Source: Azolla caroliniana
Lineage: Eukaryota > Plantae > Polypodiophyta
Reading direction: 5' to 3'
Assembly (NCBI GenBank): GCA_043228905.1
Contig: JBHGNT010000013.1
Location: forward strand, 62,001-126,000
DNA: 64,000 nt
Within the stretch, counting starts at the first letter, position 1, and each line of letters opens with the position of its first letter. A program made the position numbers and the translations under genes. A model generated the notes under the pieces. The model saw nothing but the letters and a program-made list of their open reading frames with translations. It had not been told where the DNA came from and searched no databases. Positions 59,481 through 64,000 of the stretch are shown piece after piece.

Positions 59481-62400
59481 ATGACTTCTCAACGAAACCA
59501 TAAGGAAACACACGACGAAATTATAAGTAAGGAAGAATTTTTAGATGTCCTTAACCGGTTAGTTAAAATGGAAAAATGGGCAAAAGAGATTGAAGCTCAA
59601 AAACAAAAAGATAAGGAAGAAAAAGAACTACTTATTGCTGAAATAGCGAAACTTAAGGAAGACAACGTTGTCGTGCCTTTCGGCGTCAGATTGTTTGCGT
59701 GAGTCAGGTGGGAACCGTTGGGGTTTTGGACTAGGAAGAGGAAGAATTTGAGACGATTTTAATTATGAATAGATTATTATAAACTTGCGAATCCCACAAG
59801 TATATATATTTTATTAATCAATATTTAGATAAGAATATGTATTTAGATTGAAAGAAAGATATAAGAAACTTGTGAATCCCACAAGTTTAGATTATATTAT
59901 TTTCGTGAATCCCACGATTATATTAATTGGTTGGTGTTTTTAGAAATATATCCAATTTCCAAGTATTTCCCCCCCTTTTACATTGTGCTCCCCCATCCTT
60001 ATGTAGTGCTTAGTAATCCATGCTTTTTTTTCTAACTATAGACTCCATGCTTTTCCTATAGATAGACTATATGCTTTATCTAAAGGGATCATGCTTTTTC
60101 AAACTTGTGCGTTTTTTATTGACTATAGCGTTAATGCACGCTAGATGTGCATGCGTAGCTTTTTCTTTTAGCATGCGTTTTTCTTTTAACTAAAGTTTAT
60201 CCTACGTGAACTTACCTTTCTATATGGGACATCTACTTTTTAACACTAATGAAATGTTAGTGTAATGGTAAGGTTTCACATTATTAACATGGAGGTGCAA
60301 AGTTTGAATCTTGCCCTATGCATGTATTATTTATTTTGAGATTTTCTTCTATTTCTTCATATTTACTAAAACGTTATTTTATAAGTTTTTCATGTAGTGT
60401 ACGAAATACACTACAACACTCGCTTCCTTTGAACCCGCACATCCTCCGGTATGTGCCGAAGTTGTCGGTGATTGTTAGTCTCGTCCATCCGTTCTCCGCC
60501 CGGTTGGTTTCGTCGCCGGTCGTGTTTGGTTGCCGGCCCCATTTGGTCATCGGTTTTTTGGTTGCCGGCTCCGCCCGGTTTCCGGTTCAGTTCGGTTGCC
60601 GGCTCTGTCTGGTCTTGGGTTACCGGCCCTCGTAATTCTTCGTTACTTGTCATACCCTCCGTTTCTCTCACTATGTCAGCTTTGTCTCTCCATTTTGAGC
60701 ACATCCATTCTTTCCACCCGAACCATTGTCGCCATCCGATCCACCATATTCTTTGTTCTCTCTCGTCATAGAATCTCGCATTAGTGTTTACGTTCTTCTC
60801 GTTAGAGCCTTTCTTCTTTGTTGAGATCTCATCGTTAATAATACCCTTCAAATCCGCTTGGCCCTTGTCATCCATGGTAGTGTCTTTTCCTGGCCTCTTC
60901 ATCAACCTTGACTTTTTTCCAGATCGGTCTCGTCCGATCGGCTTTCAGTTGAGTCGTATTAGCTTCTTTCCAATTCGGTCTCGTCCGATTGGCTTTCAGT
61001 TGGATCGGCTTCCGATCGGATTCGTATTCGGCCGAATCAGACTCGGTTGATCGTTTTTTACCGATTCGGCCCCCTTCCGGGTCGGTTTCGATCTATCAGT
61101 TTCGGTTTCGGTTGGCTTTCTTTTCCTCGTTTTCACCGGCCTCGACCGGTTCAACCTCCGACTAAGTCGGATTAGCTTCTTTCCGGATCGGTCTCGTCCG
61201 ATGAACTTTCGGCTAGGTCGGCTTCCATCCGTATTTGCGTTCGGCCGAATCGGACTCGGTCGATCGGTTTTGATCGAGTCGACCCCTTTTCGGGTCAGCT
61301 TTCTTTCGGATCGGAATTCCGTCCGGATCATCTTCCATCCAAACCGGCTTCCGACTTTACCTTTCTTGCCGCCACCTCCCGTCTCTCCGGTCTCACGTTG
61401 CTTCTTGGACACAACCGCCGAAGTCTCTAGGATTAGTGCGCATGAACCCTTGGTATTATCACCCTCTGTCATGTCAACCATAGCCACCTTCTCGACTATC
61501 TCTCCGTCGTATGAATCGGCTTCGACCTTTGTTTTCTCTCCACCACCTTCCGTCTCTTCGGTCTCACGTTGCCTTTCGAACGCAACTGCCGGAGTCTCTG
61601 GAATCAGTGGTGGGGAAATCTCGATATGGCCATCTGCCATTGATTCGTCCATAGCCACCTTCAATTCGATGTCATCTTTCGTGGCGACCTCCTCAATCAA
61701 GTCCTCCTTGCTCTCTTTCACTGCATCAATTATGCAAACATCAATTATGCTTACCCCTTTTTCACCCGATGTTTCGAACACTTGTATTCTGAAATCTTCT
61801 TCTACACTTGGGTTATCGGCTTTATCCTTCGTCGTCGTTCTTTCACAAGACAAGAGGGTAGCTTGTTTTACACCCTCTTCCATCACACCATCATGTTGTA
61901 TTTCGGCCTTCATATCAGCTCCATCGTTTGTCTTCAATCGGCCATCCTTCATCGGCCATGTCGTTGACAAGATTCTCATCTTCCTCTCATCATGTCTCCG
62001 GCATACCCTTTCGACTTTGGCCCAATCCTCGGTAAGACCATTCGCACCGTCATCATCTTCGAGCTCGATCTCGATGTCCATCCTTTCTTTCTGATCCATC
62101 GATCTTACGAATATTAGGACTTTATCCTCCCCCACCAATCGTTGTTCCCGCTCCGAGAGTCGAGCAAAACGATGCTCGAACTCTAGGAATGCTTGTGTTG
62201 CACTTCGGTGGGTCTTCTCCGATCCCACCCATTCATTGAACTCTCACCGATCTCGTCCCTTCGATCTCTCGTAGTCATATGCCTCTCGTAAAGCTTCTTC
62301 AAAGGACCCCCATATTGGGTTTTGTTGCCGTATCTTGTAGATTCTCTCTTGTAACCCATCCGTGGCTACCCGGCTAAAGGATATCACTTGCAATCCTTCC

Positions 62401-63973
62401 GGTATCCCACATCGCATCATCTCCGCCTTGTAGTCACGTAGATAGTGTGACACATCATTTCCGTTGAATTGCCCGTTTCGTTGCACAAGCCGCTCTACTG
62501 TTGACTTCATCTTCGACATCGCACATTGTTCTTGTTGCATCCGCTCAATCATCATCATCATTATGCTCATTGCCTCTTGTTGATTCTCCATCTCCTTGCC
62601 ACCCGCGTTCACGTCGGGTTCACCACTTGTGTCGTGCCTTTTGGCTCCAAATCGTTGCGTGAGTCGGGTGGAAACCACTGAGGTTTTGGACTAGGAGAAA
62701 GAAGAATATGAGATAAGGCTCCTTATGAATGGATTGCAAGAAAGAGAAATATTTAAAGGAAGATATGAAACTCGTGAATCCCACGAGTATAGTGTATTAA
62801 TTGATACTTAGAATATAAGAGAGAAATAGATGGAAAAAATCGTGAATCCCACGAATATATTAGATTGATCAAAATCCTTGTAAAATAATCAACAACCCCC
62901 ATACATCTTTCTCTCCTCCTTATATAAGGATGGAAGAGGCTAATCATAGCTTCATGCTTTTTCTAAAGTGTTCATGCACACTAAATGTGCATGAGTTGCC
63001 TTTTTACACTATGCTTTTATTTCCTAAATATAGTGCTCATGCTCGCTAGATGTGCACGAGTCATTTTTTATTGGTGTACATTTTTCTTATAAATAAAGTA
63101 TTCACGCATTCTAAAAAATGCATGACTTACCTTTTAATAAAGGTAGGCGTAAATAAAGGTCTTATGTGTATTAAATCTATATTTAAAACACTTGGGGTAA
63201 GTTAGTACAATGGTAAGGTTAGGGTTTGTTTACGTGGAGGTATAGGGTTTGAATCTTGTCATGTAATAAATATTTTTTTAATATTTTATTTTATTTATTA
63301 TACGTAATTTAAATCGGATATAGTATTTTACATATTTCACGTAGTGTGTGATTTACATTACGACAACGTGAACCTTCAGAAACATGTTGAGGACCTTGAG
63401 ACATCTAGGGAAGATGGTGAAATATATTCCCTAGAGGATATTAAGGAGGAGATAAAAAAGGTTAGGGAAGAGGTTAAAAGCGATATGGAATTAGCAAAAA
63501 CTAGGTGGGTTGATGTAGTAAAACGTAATATTAAAAAGGAACTAAAGGATGAAAATATTGTAAACACCACCCTTGAGGAGGAAAAAATGCGTCAAGCTCG
63601 AAGCTTAAACGTAAGAGTTATTGGGCTTAAGGAAGGGGCATCTCTCGACGAAGATGCACAAATATTAGGGAAGATGTTGGGGTACGAAGCCCTACCAATC
63701 ACTAAAACTTGGAGAGTAGGACGTGACACCACTAGGAAAAGAGCTTTAGTCCTTCAATTTAAGGACTCAGAATCTAGGATCACCTTTTTTAAAAAGAGAC
63801 CAATTCTTCGAGGATTGGGCAGGGACCCTATCTACCTCGATGAAGACTTGACAAAGATGCAAATTGAACATCGTAAAACTTGTATGTCGCGAGTCATACA
63901 AGCTTGTAAAGAGGGGCACCGTGCTTTTGACCGAGACGGACGTGTGATAATTAATGATCGCGCCGCCAATTGA
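59481..63973 (+). pseudogene. LINE ORF1 (coiled coil + RRM + CTD, L1-ORF1/transposase_22-like), split by Trp-2
   Basis: Joining 59481-59668 to 63370-63973 gives an open 263-aa ORF (...KLKEDNVNLQKH...NVRVIGLKE...WRVG...ALVLQF...IYLDEDLT). (CT)n-rich leader at 59161-59210. Confidence 0.85.
59669..63365 (-). mobile_element. Non-autonomous LTR retroelement Trp-2 (gag-only, tRNA-Trp primed)
   Basis: Divergent LTRs 59669-60418 and 62630-63365. TSD ACGT at 59665-59668 and 63366-63369. PBS at 62608-62625 is an 18/18 match to the recalled tRNA-Trp end. Gag about 60996-62590 with TGA at 62244; no pol. Confidence 0.9.
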
Positions 63974-64000
63974 CGGCGTGTGGCCCATGTGACAAACAAT

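Overview
Land-plant nuclear DNA; the transposon lineages suggest a fern or other non-seed plant (inference). About 80% is retrotransposon. Bases 1-36 kb are a nested stack resolvable by target-site duplications (TSDs). An L1 LINE was interrupted by a minus-strand Ty3/gypsy (itself hit by a tRNA-Trp-primed non-autonomous LTR element) and by Copia A (6794-33368). Copia A contains Copia B (7961-13501) and Gypsy D (16586-31965), and Gypsy D contains Copia C (19453-24914). One intact host gene is present: PELOTA/DOM34 on the minus strand (16 exons, 378 aa, 40299-51718). Bases 52.6-64 kb hold RTE-like LINE pieces, a Tcn1-like chromovirus, copia relics and a second Trp-primed element that splits a LINE ORF1. 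Top candidate novelty: Gypsy D has no polypurine tract (PPT). In its place is a copy of a tRNA-Arg 3' end (a second, inverted primer-binding site, PBS), suggesting tRNA-primed plus-strand synthesis; the motif recurs in a related relic at about 47.9 kb. Other highlights are tRNA-like A/B-box modules inside LTRs, an ACGT-targeting Trp-primed family, a self-priming chromovirus and TA-ended copia LTRs. tRNA matches rely on plant tRNA 3' ends recalled from memory and need database confirmation.
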